54,832 nucleotides of DNA from Candidatus Paceibacter sp. (GCA_020725175.1 DYFM01000010.1:1-54832); one strand, 5' to 3'; shown: positions 27,469 to 40,663, counted from the first letter of the stretch. Program-made: numbers and translations. Notes: generated by a model from the letters alone, not told the origin.

Positions 27469-27897
27469 CTATTTTTCCTCAACCGTCACTCCCATCTGTC
27501 GAGCAGTACCGGCGATGATCTTCATAGCCGCATCAATATCATTGGCATTCAAGTCCGGCATTTTCTTTTCTGCGATTTCCTTCAGCTGTGCTTTTGATAA
27601 TTTTCCTACTTTTTCTTTGAGCGCACTACTGGAACCCTTTGGAAGTTTGAGTGCTTTTTTAATCAATTCACTTGCCGGAGCTACTTTCATGATGAAGTCA
27701 AATGATCGATCTTCATACACAGAAATAATCACCGGAACTACTTCTCCTTTTTTATCAGCGGTCTTCGCATTGAATTCAGTACAGAAACCCTGAATGTTTA
27801 CCCCATGCTGACCAAGTGCCGGACCAACCGGTGGTGCTGGATTGGCCGCTCCACCCTGAATTTGCAACTTAATTTGAGCCATTAATTTTTTTGCCAT
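27469..27897 (-). CDS. rplK: 50S ribosomal protein L11
   Basis: [27 protein letters not shown]. Confidence 0.99.
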   Translation of the reverse strand: MAKKLMAQIKLQIQGGAANPAPPVGPALGQHGVNIQGFCTEFNAKTADKKGEVVPVIISVYEDRSFDFIMKVAPASELIKKALKLPKGSSSALKEKVGKLSKAQLKEIAEKKMPDLNANDIDAAMKIIAGTARQMGVTVEEK

Positions 27898-27977
27898 ACA
27901 ATGTTACAGTTAATTACCTTTACAGTTCGATTGAGAAGCTCCTTGGAAAGGACAATCTTCTGTAGGTTTGAGAAATA

Positions 27978-28099
27978 AATCCCAAGATACAAGCTACAAA
28001 TTCCAAACAAATCTTAATGAACAATTTCCAACCAGTTTTGGAGCTTGTAATTTATTATTTGGAATTTGTTTATGCCTTGTTTCTTGTATCTTGGGATTT
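27978..28099. repeat. About 120-nt palindromic element (CAAGATACAAG family)
   Basis: 17-bp perfect terminal inverted repeats AAATCCCAAGATACAAG/CTTGTATCTTGGGATTT plus inner pairing. Confidence 0.9.
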
Positions 28100-28106
28100 A
28101 AAACAC

Positions 28107-28652
28107 TTAGATTTTTTTTACTTGCAATGCATCAAGCTCAACCGGTGTTTCTCGACCAAACATGTTGACCAAGACTTTCACCTTGCCGCGCGCGCTATCA
28201 ACCGCACTCACTTTTCCTTCAAAATTCTTAAACGGTCCATCGGAAATACGCACTGGCTCATCAACATTGAGATCAATCTTGTGTTCCGGCTCTTCTACAC
28301 CCATGCGTTTTTGAAGCGCATCAATTTCTTTTTGATCAACCGGGGTTGGGGTAGTTCCGGATCCAACGAAACCAGTTACATTTGGCGTATTTCGAACTAC
28401 ATACCATGAATCATCGGTCACGATCATTTCTACCAACACATAACCAGGAAAGATTTTTTCTTCTACCACAGTACGTTTTCCATTTTTGATCTTGATTTTC
28501 TTTTCTTTTGGAACCAACACACCAAAAATCTTATCCGCCATATCAAACGTTTCAACACGTTGTTCCAAGTTTCGTTTTACATTTTCCTCGTACCCACTGT
28601 ACGTATGAAGCACATACCACCGTCGGCCGAGATCAAGGGTTTGTTTTGCCAT
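28107..28652 (-). CDS. nusG: Transcription factor NusG
   Basis: WYVLHTYSGYE, FPGYVLV, VRNTPNVTGF, KOW GPFKNFEG, FGRETPVEL. Confidence 0.98.
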   Translation of the reverse strand: MAKQTLDLGRRWYVLHTYSGYEENVKRNLEQRVETFDMADKIFGVLVPKEKKIKIKNGKRTVVEEKIFPGYVLVEMIVTDDSWYVVRNTPNVTGFVGSGTTPTPVDQKEIDALQKRMGVEEPEHKIDLNVDEPVRISDGPFKNFEGKVSAVDSARGKVKVLVNMFGRETPVELDALQVKKI

Positions 28653-28747
28653 ACAATTGAAAAGTTCCAAATTCCACCATACAAGTTCCAAAAGCTATGT
28701 TCGCCTCAGTAAAGTGTATTTGGAAACGTGAAGTTATGAATTGGAAA

Positions 28748-28927
28748 TTATATGATTTGTGTCAGTCCCCAGTTGAGAATATAGTCGAGAATTCCAAAGA
28801 AGATCGCCACTCCGAGACTGAGTGCGATGACGACTATAGAATAGTTGATCACCTGTTTTTTGGTTGGCCAGGTGACTTTTTTCATTTCTCCCACTGAATC
28901 ACGGACGTACGTAATGAGCTTGTTCAT
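28748..28927 (-). CDS. secE: Preprotein translocase SecE (59 aa; not in the ORF track)
   Basis: Manual translation MNKLITYVRDSVGEMKKVTWPTKKQVINYSIVVIALSLGVAIFFGILDYILNWGLTQII; upstream of nusG. Confidence 0.95.
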   Translation of the reverse strand: MNKLITYVRDSVGEMKKVTWPTKKQVINYSIVVIALSLGVAIFFGILDYILNWGLTQII

Positions 28928-29147
28928 AGCGAATATTGCTCAAATATTTGCTTATTTTAAATGTTTTTTGTAATTATTCCACCTAAGATGCAAATACTTG
29001 TATTTAAAAACGGCCTGGGGCCGATTACGTGGAGAAGTATAGGCTTTTTTGGGGGAATTGTCAAGAAGGGAGAGGTGGATATCTTTCTTGATAAATCCTT
29101 TCAAATTGGTTATTGTATGTATGTCGTTTTTAATATGTAACCAAAAT

Positions 29148-29618
29148 ATGAGTGAAAAAGATACAAGTAATAGAGTACCTCCATCAATTCCTGAAAAAAA
29201 GGGGGGGAGGCTTGATGTCGTAAGGTTTGGCAATAAGGAGTACCCGGTTGAATATCCAACCTCTCTTTGCATTGACAATATAGTATCCAACGATAGAGTA
29301 ATTATAACAACACAGAGTGGAAGTAGATACATGCTGCGAAGATCAAGATCATCCGGGGGAGTAGTAAAGGTATATCGAGAAGAAGGAGGTAGTTTTCGTG
29401 AACTAGGTGTGCCTATCCATACAAGTTTTACTCTTGAGTCTGGAAAACCTGCAATATTTATAATAAGAGTATCTGAAGAGAGAGGAAGACAAACAACAAC
29501 AACTAATATTACTAAAATTAGAGTAATAAAAGGGATTGATTCAGATTTAAATACAACCAAAGTAGGAGGCGTCCCTCTAACACAGGCTCTCATAAAAGCA
29601 GCTAAGGGAGAGGAATAA
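29148..29618 (+). CDS. Hypothetical protein
   Basis: Purine-rich ORF with a ITTQSGSRY beta-rich segment. Confidence 0.6.
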   Translation: MSEKDTSNRVPPSIPEKKGGRLDVVRFGNKEYPVEYPTSLCIDNIVSNDRVIITTQSGSRYMLRRSRSSGGVVKVYREEGGSFRELGVPIHTSFTLESGKPAIFIIRVSEERGRQTTTTNITKIRVIKGIDSDLNTTKVGGVPLTQALIKAAKGEE

Positions 29619-29746
29619 GTTGATTAAGTAATACAACCAAAATTTTTCGCATATAAAAGCAAAACGTGTGCACAACAAAGGGAACTGATTATCATCCCGG
29701 ATATCGTACTTACGTTCTTTGCCTTTTATATACTATATACGAACCT

Positions 29747-30328
29747 ATGGCCCTCATCCCCTTTCTCATCTTTATCGCAATTGTCGGTTTTTCCGTATGG
29801 TACTTTAAAAAAACAAACCAACGGATCATTGAAAACTTCCAGTACCTGGCAAACAAACATGGACTAGAGATAGACACAAGCGTCCGAGTAGGGGTTACAA
29901 AGCACCCTTCAGTATGGGGCAAGATCAATGGATATGAAGCGTCAGTTAGAAGTGAAGTGATACGTGGTAACGCCTTTACTCGGTATACCTTCACCCTTCC
30001 CCGCACACTTCATGTTCCGTTTGCGATATATAGTTTAAGCTATCTGGGAAGAGGTGTCATGATTCAAGATCATCTACATTTTACCAATCCGACTCTTGAT
30101 AAACGCACTATATTTGCTTCACCCCAAAAAGAAACGGCCAAACAGTACCTGTCACAAAAGGAATCACAGCTGGCGGCAATATTTGAACAAAATTTATTTT
30201 ACCATCTCAAGCTGGAAGGAAATACCATTGAATATCTGGAGCGACTATTAATCCACACGGAGAAAAAACGAGATCGAGCTGAAAAAATCATTACCTTTCT
30301 TACCAAACTTGCCGAAGATGCACCGTAA
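29747..30328 (+). CDS. Hypothetical membrane-anchored protein
   Basis: N-terminal TM helix followed by a soluble domain. Confidence 0.7.
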   Translation: MALIPFLIFIAIVGFSVWYFKKTNQRIIENFQYLANKHGLEIDTSVRVGVTKHPSVWGKINGYEASVRSEVIRGNAFTRYTFTLPRTLHVPFAIYSLSYLGRGVMIQDHLHFTNPTLDKRTIFASPQKETAKQYLSQKESQLAAIFEQNLFYHLKLEGNTIEYLERLLIHTEKKRDRAEKIITFLTKLAEDAP

Positions 30329-30338
30329 TAAATTGAAC

Positions 30339-30364
30339 AAAAAAGAGCCAACTGGCTCTTTTTT
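30339..30364. terminator. Bidirectional terminator
   Basis: AAAAAAGAGCCA-AC-TGGCTCTTTTTT. Confidence 0.85.
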
Positions 30365-30381
30365 ATGTCGCGTACAGACTG

Positions 30382-32544
<2,163 letters not shown>

Positions 32545-32734
32545 TCATCAGTTGTTGTGAAAAAATGCAAAATCGTGTATACTATGTTCATTATACAAGA
32601 GCTTCAAATAAGTTTACGTATCATTCAAACAGAACCTTATCACCAATATTTTGTTCAATTAAAAAACTCACGACTGCTATTTGAACAAAGACGCAGAAAA
32701 CGATAAGCGTTTTTATCAAGCAACTTTCTTTTTC

Positions 32735-33637
32735 ATGTTTACCCCCACTGACAAAAAAGAAAAGTACCTCAACTACAAAAGTCCACTCCAAGAACTGTCC
32801 GGACGTGAGTTGAAGTTTGCTTCCTGGTATGTACGCCACAAAATACTCATCACGCGTATTACTACATTTTCCTTGTTTGTATTTGGGTTCTTTACCAATC
32901 TCTTTGGGATAGTTATGTGGGGAAAATATGTCCTGTTTGATTATAGCAATGACCAAGCTCTGTTGCGCTCGCTGGTCACCAACTCAATAAATTATACGGC
33001 AACCAAAGAACGCCTGGGAGCACGACCTCTGGCAGTAGGTACCACGCAACTATACGACAGCGCACCAGGGAAATATGATGTTGTCACTACCGTGAGCAAC
33101 CCAAATCCATTTCACTACGCGGTCGTCACATTTCGCCATTCCGCCGGCGTTCCAAGTGATAAGACCACAACCATGGTAGTACTTCCCCAAAAGACCGTAC
33201 CACTCACGAGCTTTGGTGTTGAATCCTTGACAAGTGCTCCGAGTGCTAATTTTGTTATTGACAGTATCCAGTGGAAGCGATTAAACCGACATACGATTCC
33301 CGACCCAAAAGCATACATTGATCAACGACTCCAATTTGAAATATCAAATGTTGCGTTCCAACGAAAAAATACCATCGACGGTGTTGCAACAAATAAACTG
33401 ACCTTTGACCTGAGTAATCTCAATCCATACAGCTATTGGTCACCATTGTTTATCGTATCTCTCATCGACGGTGGCACCACCGGTGTCCTCCGACTGGAAG
33501 TACCAGAACTTCGTGCCGGTGAAACTCGGTTTATCGACCTTCGCTCACTCTCTGATTTTGCCTCTGCTTCTGAAATAGAGGTAACACCAGTGATCAATGT
33601 GTTTGATAAAAATGAATATATCTTACCGGGAAATTGA
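32735..33637 (+). CDS. Hypothetical membrane-anchored beta-rich protein
   Basis: One TM helix then Ig-like segments. Confidence 0.7.
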   Translation: MFTPTDKKEKYLNYKSPLQELSGRELKFASWYVRHKILITRITTFSLFVFGFFTNLFGIVMWGKYVLFDYSNDQALLRSLVTNSINYTATKERLGARPLAVGTTQLYDSAPGKYDVVTTVSNPNPFHYAVVTFRHSAGVPSDKTTTMVVLPQKTVPLTSFGVESLTSAPSANFVIDSIQWKRLNRHTIPDPKAYIDQRLQFEISNVAFQRKNTIDGVATNKLTFDLSNLNPYSYWSPLFIVSLIDGGTTGVLRLEVPELRAGETRFIDLRSLSDFASASEIEVTPVINVFDKNEYILPGN

Positions 33638-34039
33638 TATTTTTTGAAATAATGAAATCAGTCTCCGCTTGGCTACGCCTGATAAGTTGCGAAATAGATA
33701 TAGCGAATTAGCGAAACAGTGAGGCGCTGCTTATAAGAGCAGTGTTTTTTTCTTTGCAAAACGAAGTGTATGTTACCATTCATTTTTTATATCCAATTGA
33801 ATAAAGATGAACAATGAAGGTAGACCGAATACTCCTTGCATCCTTCTGACAAAGAAAATGATTTTAAAAAAAATTAAAAAGTCTTTCAGGTGTTGAGGGT
33901 TGAATTCGTGACTTTTTTCTTTTATGAAAAACGTGTTCTGAATACCGCCAAACCACCTCTAAACGACCCCCTTGCGTCCCCTAATAGGGGGAAATCTTGT
34001 TATGGAGTCTTGCTTTTCATGAAAAGCAAGAGAATTTAT

Positions 34040-34125
34040 TTCGTTATTTCCCCGACCCAGACGGGTCCACCTTGCCTGCCCGCCTAGGGTGGGGGGCGGA
34101 GTTATTTCCTTATCTCCTTATTTCG
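34040..34125 (-). repeat. Dispersed ~90-nt composite element, copy 2
   Basis: Reverse complement of 8387-8477 with scattered substitutions. Confidence 0.85.
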
Positions 34126-34181
34126 TATTACTCTTTACCATTCTCCAAAAATCCGTATAATACCAACAGTCTTTTTTCCTT

Positions 34182-35294
34182 ATGTTCACGTTTCGACAAC
34201 GCATTTTTCAATTTGACTGGCTACTCTTATCTGTCGTTTTTGTGTTGACCGCGGTAGGCTTGGCGGCAATTTATAGCGTCGATCTTTCACGGGGTGGACC
34301 ACTGAGTTTATTTCCGACTCAGGTTACCGCCCTACTCATTGGTTTAGTCGCACTACTGGTAGCCGGAAGTACTCATATTACGGTTTACCAGTCTTCTGCA
34401 AAAATTGCGTATATCGTAGGGTTTCTTCTCTTAATTGCGGTTCTTATCTTCGGGCAAAGTATTCGTGGCACCACCGGATGGTTTCGCGTAGCCGGATTTT
34501 CTTTTCAGCCAGTTGAATTTGCCAAAGTGAGTTTGATCTTATTTTTAGCCAGCTGGATCCATCGATACAATCGACGCTTTCGCTCATGGCAGTTTTTGGT
34601 TTCTACCGGGTTTTTTACGCTCGTCTACATGGGTCTTGTTATGCTACAGCCGGATCTTGGTTCAGCACTTATTCTTGGCAGTGTTTGGGTAGGGCTTTTG
34701 GCTTTGGCCGGAACCAAAAAAAGATATTTACTTGGAATGATTGGTCTCGTGGCATTGGCCGGAACTGCTGGATGGTTTTTCCTTTTTGAAGATTACCAAA
34801 AAGATCGACTCCGAACATTTGTCAATCCGGAAGCCTACGCGTCTAACGAAGGATATAATGTGGTGCAGTCGATTATTGCCATTGGTGCCGGACGACTTAC
34901 CGGAAGAGGTCTTGGTTTTGGTTCTCAAAGTCAGCTCCACTTTTTACCAGAAGCTCAGACCGACTTTATTTTCTCTGTCATTGGCGAAGAGCTCGGTTTT
35001 ATTGGCGCCCTTATTCTTCTCACCCTCTATATTCTCCTGTTATGGCGACTAATCCGCATCGCTCTACTGTGCAAAAATGACTTTGCCGCTTTTTTTGTCC
35101 TTGGCGTTGCCGTCATGATCTCAGTACAGGTCTTCATAAACATTGGCGGTACGACCGGACTACTACCAGTAACCGGAGTAACCCTGCCGTTTGTCAGTTA
35201 CGGTGGTTCTTCGCTCATCATGAACTTGCTTCTTATCGGCATTGCCCAAAGTATGGCGGTAGCCACCAACAGAAACAGTGGTTTTGAGCTCTAA
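34182..35294 (+). CDS. rodA: SEDS peptidoglycan glycosyltransferase RodA
   Basis: FQPVEFAK, QPDLGS, LPEAQTDFIFSVIGEELG, LPFVSYGGSS; RodA vs FtsW inferred. Confidence 0.88.
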   Translation: MFTFRQRIFQFDWLLLSVVFVLTAVGLAAIYSVDLSRGGPLSLFPTQVTALLIGLVALLVAGSTHITVYQSSAKIAYIVGFLLLIAVLIFGQSIRGTTGWFRVAGFSFQPVEFAKVSLILFLASWIHRYNRRFRSWQFLVSTGFFTLVYMGLVMLQPDLGSALILGSVWVGLLALAGTKKRYLLGMIGLVALAGTAGWFFLFEDYQKDRLRTFVNPEAYASNEGYNVVQSIIAIGAGRLTGRGLGFGSQSQLHFLPEAQTDFIFSVIGEELGFIGALILLTLYILLLWRLIRIALLCKNDFAAFFVLGVAVMISVQVFINIGGTTGLLPVTGVTLPFVSYGGSSLIMNLLLIGIAQSMAVATNRNSGFEL

Positions 35295-35415
35295 CACCGC
35301 AACAGTCCCTCTGAATCAAGAATAACGCGGTTCATCCACTGGACAAACTCTTGACTTTCCTCTATACTTCTGATACACTCATCCCCGTCTAAAGAATAGG
35401 GGTTATTGCTTGTCT

Positions 35416-35787
35416 ATGAACGAAAAAAACCCGCAACCATCAGAACAAATGCCATTTTTGCGCCGCCTACAGGAAGGATTTAGTTTTGTGAAAGCCTGTC
35501 CGGTCTGCAAAGGTGAATATTCAGACCGCACTCCCCATGTTCTGTATGAACAAGATCCGGTTCACCTCATCCACATGTCGTGTCCGCATTGCGAGAGCAG
35601 CATTCTTTCCATTGTGACACTGTCAGATATTGGTATGAGCTCAGTGGGAGTATTTACCGATTTATCAGCCGACGATGTGGTCCGATTTCATGGGCGTGAG
35701 GCATTTGAAGATAACGATATTCTCGCTCTTCATGAATTCCTCTCTTCCAAGGATGCCCCAAAAATAAGTCAACTATTTGTTCGTTAA
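35416..35787 (+). CDS. Hypothetical zinc-ribbon protein
   Basis: CPVC...CPHC pairs. Confidence 0.7.
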   Translation: MNEKNPQPSEQMPFLRRLQEGFSFVKACPVCKGEYSDRTPHVLYEQDPVHLIHMSCPHCESSILSIVTLSDIGMSSVGVFTDLSADDVVRFHGREAFEDNDILALHEFLSSKDAPKISQLFVR

Positions 35788-35906
35788 TTATTGTCTATTT
35801 GTTTAATCGTTTACCGGTTTATTGATTGCATTTCTAAGATTGTTTAGAAAAAAACTAGACTCCTACAAATCAACCAATAACCCAATAAACACTTTATCCT
35901 CAACCT

Positions 35907-36566
35907 ATGGCATTTGCAATTATCGCTGAATCACGAGCCAACAATACGGCCGCAGAAGTGCGCGAAGCTGGAAAAATCCCAGCAATCATGTATGGTCCTG
36001 ATACCAATCCAGTTTCAGTTTCAATTGGCTACACAGAATTTATCAAACTCTACAATGAAGCCGGTGAATCAAGTTTGATTGATTTTTCTGTTGCTGGAAA
36101 TGGCGCGCCAACAAAAGTATTGATCCAAGACGTACAGCTAGACCCGGTAAAAGGCACTGTTATCCATGTTGACTTCCGTCAAATCAATATGAAGGAAGAA
36201 ATGACTGCCAACACTGAGCTCAACTTTATCGGAGAAGCACCGGCTGTAAAAGCCTTAGGCGGTACGCTGATCAAAGGACTTGAAACACTGGAAATCAAAT
36301 GTCTTCCAAACAATTTGGTGAGTGAAATTGATGTTGATCTTTCTGTGCTGCACACCTTTGATGACGTGATTGAAGTCAAAGATTTAACTATTCCTGCCGG
36401 CATTACGGTGCTTGACGAACCAACCGCAGTCGTTGCCAAGGTGCAAGCTGCCCTTACTGAAGAACAAATTAAAGCCATGGAAGAATCCGGTCCAAAAGAT
36501 GTAGCTGATGTAGAAGTGGAAGAAAAAGGTAAGAAAGAAGATGAAGAGTCAGCTGATGAAAAATAA
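35907..36566 (+). CDS. rplY: 50S ribosomal protein L25/Ctc
   Basis: GKIPAIMYG, VQLDPV...HVDF, GEAPAVK. Confidence 0.95.
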   Translation: MAFAIIAESRANNTAAEVREAGKIPAIMYGPDTNPVSVSIGYTEFIKLYNEAGESSLIDFSVAGNGAPTKVLIQDVQLDPVKGTVIHVDFRQINMKEEMTANTELNFIGEAPAVKALGGTLIKGLETLEIKCLPNNLVSEIDVDLSVLHTFDDVIEVKDLTIPAGITVLDEPTAVVAKVQAALTEEQIKAMEESGPKDVADVEVEEKGKKEDEESADEK

Positions 36567-36584
36567 GCGTTATTTGAGCGAAAC

Positions 36585-36614
36585 AAACAAGCCTTTTCGA
36601 AGGCTTGTTTTTTT
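36585..36614 (+). terminator. rplY terminator
   Basis: AAACAAGCCTT/AAGGCTTGTTT plus T tract. Confidence 0.85.
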
Positions 36615-36751
36615 GTTATGATGGTGTGGTCACCGAACATGTTGTTCATCCCCATTTACTTTCTGCTCATACCCTCTCTCAATATACGTATTGAAACAAC
36701 GGATGTGAGCAGAATTCTAGCGGAACAGAGCGGAATAACCATTATGTAGGT

Positions 36752-37867
36752 ATGAAGATCAAAATAAAACCCTTTTTTCAGCCAAAAACTTTTCGATACG
36801 GAAGTATTTCTCTTCTCATTGCAGCCATAGTTGGAATAGGTATCTTCACAGTTACAGAACAAAAAAATGCAGGACTTGGAGAGAACAATACAGATACTCC
36901 AAAAAAAGAAATTGCCACGAAAGATGCCCACTGTGCCTTTCGCCGTATCCTTGATGGGGTGTGTGTTGATTCAACAGAAGAGACCAATCCCAAACTCGCC
37001 GCTATTATGATTGAAAACCATACTGCTGCTCGCCCACAAGCCGGTCTTAGTGCCGCTTCAATCATTTATGAAGCGCCGGTAGAAGGAAATATCCCTCGGT
37101 TCCTGGCAATTTACCCTCTTTCCGAAAATCTCAACGTTCCAACAATTGGACCGGTGCGAAGCGCCCGGGAATATTTTTTGAATTGGGTTCGTGAGTATGG
37201 TGATTCGTTTTATCTTCATGTGGGTGGTTCACCGGAAGCGCTTGGCCATATAAAGCAATATGGCATCAATAATCTCGACGAGTTTTTTCATGGTGGCACG
37301 TACTTTTGGCGAAGCCCTGAACATACCGCACCACACAATACCTTTACTTCTTCTGTTATGCTACAAGCCCTCCTCGCAAAACGAGGGGAGCGATATGAAG
37401 ATGATACATACTCCGGTTGGGTATACACCCATCACCCAACCTGTGCTGAAGAAACATGTATCACAAACCTTTCGGTTGATTTTGGGGGACACGGGTATCT
37501 GGTTCGGTGGGCATATGATAAAGAAAAAAATCAATACCTCCGCTCCCACGGCAATCTACCTCACCGGGACAGTACCACAAACGAACGATTGGTAGCTGAT
37601 ACTCTCATCATTCAAGAGGTAAAAACCCGTGTGTACGATGAATATGGACGACTGAACATGACTCAAACCGGAACAGGTAAGGCCACAATTATTCGTGCCG
37701 GAACACTAACAAATGGAACTTGGAAAAAAGAAACGCTTGCTGACCGCACCCATTGGCTCGATGAACACGGAAATCCAATTGTGCTCCAGCCCGGAAAAAT
37801 ATGGATTGAAGTGGTGAATGCAGCAACAGAAGTAGATATTGAATCCACCTCCACCCAAGGCGGATAA
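36752..37867 (+). CDS. DUF3048 (YerB-like) protein
   Basis: IMIEN..ARPQAGL, VEGNIPRF, GPVRSAR, APHN. Confidence 0.88.
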   Translation: MKIKIKPFFQPKTFRYGSISLLIAAIVGIGIFTVTEQKNAGLGENNTDTPKKEIATKDAHCAFRRILDGVCVDSTEETNPKLAAIMIENHTAARPQAGLSAASIIYEAPVEGNIPRFLAIYPLSENLNVPTIGPVRSAREYFLNWVREYGDSFYLHVGGSPEALGHIKQYGINNLDEFFHGGTYFWRSPEHTAPHNTFTSSVMLQALLAKRGERYEDDTYSGWVYTHHPTCAEETCITNLSVDFGGHGYLVRWAYDKEKNQYLRSHGNLPHRDSTTNERLVADTLIIQEVKTRVYDEYGRLNMTQTGTGKATIIRAGTLTNGTWKKETLADRTHWLDEHGNPIVLQPGKIWIEVVNAATEVDIESTSTQGG

Positions 37868-37916
37868 ACAAGACGGATAAACAACGCGGATAAACAAGGT
37901 CGGTAAACAACGCGGA
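37861..37916. repeat. 13-nt tandem repeat x4 overlapping the stop codon
   Basis: CGGATAAACAAGA / CGGATAAACAACG / CGGATAAACAAGG / TCGGTAAACAACG. Confidence 0.85.
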
Positions 37917-37950
37917 CTCGTGCTGCGGGGACATTCATCACCACATAATC

Positions 37951-37988
37951 AACAAAAAGCCATCGCAATACTCCGATGGCTTTTTGTT
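37951..37988. terminator. Bidirectional terminator
   Basis: AACAAAAAGCCATCG/CGATGGCTTTTTGTT. Confidence 0.85.
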
Positions 37989-38009
37989 TCTTGTTTGAAA
38001 AAGTTTGAG

Positions 38010-39560
38010 CTATTTTAGTTTCTCCCGCAACACCTTCTCCACCACCACCGGATCCGCACTTCCTTCACTCGCCTTCATGACCATGCCGATCAAAAACTTT
38101 ATCAACGGGTCTTTGCCGGCTTTAAACTGAGCTACTTGTTCCGGATACTGATGAATAACGGTATCAACAAATCCTTCAATCGCTCCACTATCACTCACCT
38201 GCCCATACCCTTTTTCTTCCATAATATGAGTGGGATCAAGATTGGTACCGGAATCAATCATTTCGGCAAGAATTTTTTGCGCATTAGTAGAATTTACCCG
38301 ATTCGCGTACACCAGCGCAACCAGTTCGGCAATATTTTCCGGAGAAACTTTCAAAATACGAATATCGATTTTTCGCTCATTGAGCATCCCCATGAGCTTA
38401 CTCGTTATCCACCCTCCTGCCAGCCGTGCAATTTTTTGCTTCTTTTCCTCTTTAATTTCATCAGTTTCCCCTTTCACCTCCGGTAGCGCATAGAGCCAAT
38501 CGATCAACTCACTCATCACCGCTTCTGTAAAGTTTGCCCAAGAAAGATCACTGCTCAACAAATGCGCATCGGCATAAGAAAATCCATACTCCTCATGAAA
38601 GCGCTTTCGCTTGGCTTGCGGCAGTTCCGGTAATCGTATTTCCCCGGCAACAACTTCCGGATGAAAGGGAGGAATGTCTGGTTCCGGAAAGTACCGGTAG
38701 TCAGCCGCCGATTCTTTGGTACGCTGCAAGACAGTCTCCCCTTTTTCATCATTCCAACCGCGTGTTTCCGGACTCCACGTTTCACCTGCTTCAATCAACG
38801 CAGTTTGCCGTTTGATTTCGTACGCAATGCCCCGCTCCACCGCTTTAAATGAATTGAGGTTTTTGAGTTCCACTTTATTGTTGAGCGTATACTCTCCAAG
38901 CGGCCGCACCTCTCCGGCAATGATTTCAAATCGTCCTTCCTCTTGGACAGAAATGTTGGCTTCACAGCGCATATGACCTTTTTCCATGTCTGCATCGCTG
39001 ACTCCCAGCGTTCGCAACAAACTGCGTAGTTCCTGACAGTACAACTTTGCTTCGGCCGCACTTTGAAAATCCGGATCTGTCACAATCTCGACCAATGGGG
39101 TTCCGGCGCGATTAAAATCAACCAACGTATTCCCATCGGTATCGTGCAATAATTTTGCTGTATCTTCTTCCATATGTGCTCGACGAATTCCGATCTCCGC
39201 CACTGAACGATGATTTTCTTCGAACACAAATTCCAAAGTTATTTTCCCGTGCTCTGCAATTGGCTCATCATACTGAGAAATTTGGTATGCTTTTGGCAAA
39301 TCCGGGTAAAAGTAATGTTTGCGGTCAAATTTTGAAAGAGCTCGGATCGTGCAGCCCAGTGCTTTACCAATGATTACTACATCAGCCAATGCCTGGCGGT
39401 TTGGCACCGGCAATGTTCCCGGATGACCAAGACAAACTGCACACACGTTGGTATTGGGAGTTTTTTCATCAGGATCATTTTTGCACAAACAAAACATCTT
39501 ACTTTTTGTTTTTAGTTCCACATGGACCTCCATACCGATAATGGGAATGTACTTGGGCAT
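38010..39560 (-). CDS. gatB: Asp/Glu-tRNA amidotransferase subunit B
   Basis: GMEVHVEL, YFYPDLPKAYQISQ, HMEED, DYRYFPEPD. Confidence 0.98.
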   Translation of the reverse strand: MPKYIPIIGMEVHVELKTKSKMFCLCKNDPDEKTPNTNVCAVCLGHPGTLPVPNRQALADVVIIGKALGCTIRALSKFDRKHYFYPDLPKAYQISQYDEPIAEHGKITLEFVFEENHRSVAEIGIRRAHMEEDTAKLLHDTDGNTLVDFNRAGTPLVEIVTDPDFQSAAEAKLYCQELRSLLRTLGVSDADMEKGHMRCEANISVQEEGRFEIIAGEVRPLGEYTLNNKVELKNLNSFKAVERGIAYEIKRQTALIEAGETWSPETRGWNDEKGETVLQRTKESAADYRYFPEPDIPPFHPEVVAGEIRLPELPQAKRKRFHEEYGFSYADAHLLSSDLSWANFTEAVMSELIDWLYALPEVKGETDEIKEEKKQKIARLAGGWITSKLMGMLNERKIDIRILKVSPENIAELVALVYANRVNSTNAQKILAEMIDSGTNLDPTHIMEEKGYGQVSDSGAIEGFVDTVIHQYPEQVAQFKAGKDPLIKFLIGMVMKASEGSADPVVVEKVLREKLK

Positions 39561-39576
39561 ATTGTATGGTTGTTAT

Positions 39577-39640
39577 TAGGCAGAGTAAACAGAGTAGGCA
39601 AAGTAGGCAGAGTAAGTAGTTGCTTATTCTGCTTATTTTT
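39577..39640. repeat. Mirror 9-mer array (AGGCAGAGT family)
   Basis: Four degenerate AGGCAGAGT units, then complementary TATTCTGCTT. Confidence 0.7.
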
Positions 39641-39743
39641 TACTATTTGAGCGGACAAGCGCCTAATCTGCTTCATTCTCAAGTAGTCCAAGTGTACCAA
39701 AATCCCCCTAAAAAGAAAAGACCCTCATCCGAGGGTCAGAGTA

Positions 39744-40592
39744 TCATTCAGTATCAGATGTATGAACCGGTGGATCGGCAAAAAAAGCATACATGAGGGT
39801 GACAACTACCGTTGCCCAAAGGGTGACAAGAATGACCCCATACTGAAAAGGCAAGGAAAGAAACGCCGTAGCTATATTGAACTGAGTAAGAGATCCAATA
39901 ACACGCTCAGATAAAAACAAGATAACCGTATCAGAAAAAACTGAAAACGCTCGTTCAACTCCGTACGCGACCGCACCAACCAACAATACCGCCGCAAAGG
40001 GCTTCCATCCCATACGTCTTAACGTTGACACACTATCGGACACTGCTTGAACACCCCTTTTTTTCTTGATCACCACCGCTTGATATACATACACAAAAAG
40101 TACTGACGCAATACCATAGAGTACGGTAATCAAGTTGTTGAAGTTTGCTTCGAGTACTCCTGTCGGAATAAATAATGAAAGAAGAATAGAAAGGATTGTA
40201 CCGATTATTAAAATAAATACAAAGATTGCCAGTGCGTGCACAAGCGCAGTAACAACTACAGACGTAAAACGTGGCTTGACATCATGAAACAACTCTTTCA
40301 CGGAAAGTACCGGATGTTGTTCGTACCAACGGTACACAAATACAATAAATGGAATACTGATTAAAATACCAAACAAACTCAACAGTGCGTATACAGGTGT
40401 CACCAAAAAAATATCTGTCATCGCTACCGTCTGCAATACCAACGTATATTTATTGATCCCCACAATCGCTCCAAAGATATTTCCAATCACTTGCGGAATG
40501 AGCAACAGAAGCCCAAAAACCAGCCACAGTCGCCAGTGTTGTTTGATCAATTGAAATGATGTTTTGAATAACGAGGTAAAAGAAAATGACAT
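39744..40592 (-). CDS. Multi-pass membrane protein
   Basis: About 6 TM helices; layout like 41448-42353. Confidence 0.75.
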   Translation of the reverse strand: MSFSFTSLFKTSFQLIKQHWRLWLVFGLLLLIPQVIGNIFGAIVGINKYTLVLQTVAMTDIFLVTPVYALLSLFGILISIPFIVFVYRWYEQHPVLSVKELFHDVKPRFTSVVVTALVHALAIFVFILIIGTILSILLSLFIPTGVLEANFNNLITVLYGIASVLFVYVYQAVVIKKKRGVQAVSDSVSTLRRMGWKPFAAVLLVGAVAYGVERAFSVFSDTVILFLSERVIGSLTQFNIATAFLSLPFQYGVILVTLWATVVVTLMYAFFADPPVHTSDTE

Positions 40593-40663
40593 ACAAAATA
40601 TGACAGGCTAAATATGCCGATAGTATACTGGAAAATGTGCTAAATCGCAAGGAACACTGCAAC

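Noticed and set aside
28930-29060. Possible tRNA upstream of secE
   Set aside because: No cloverleaf or T-loop GTTC motif; only a promoter-like TTGACA...TATACT and a small hairpin
28952-29593. 213-aa minus-strand ORF
   Set aside because: Antisense shadow of the purine-rich + strand gene at 29148-29618
36633-36648. Second LexA-like box (GAAC...GTTC)
   Set aside because: Spacing is 5 nt rather than 4 and it is not upstream of a repair gene
37861-37916. 13-nt repeats as a mini-CRISPR
   Set aside because: Units are contiguous with no spacers and are unrelated to the Cas12a repeat
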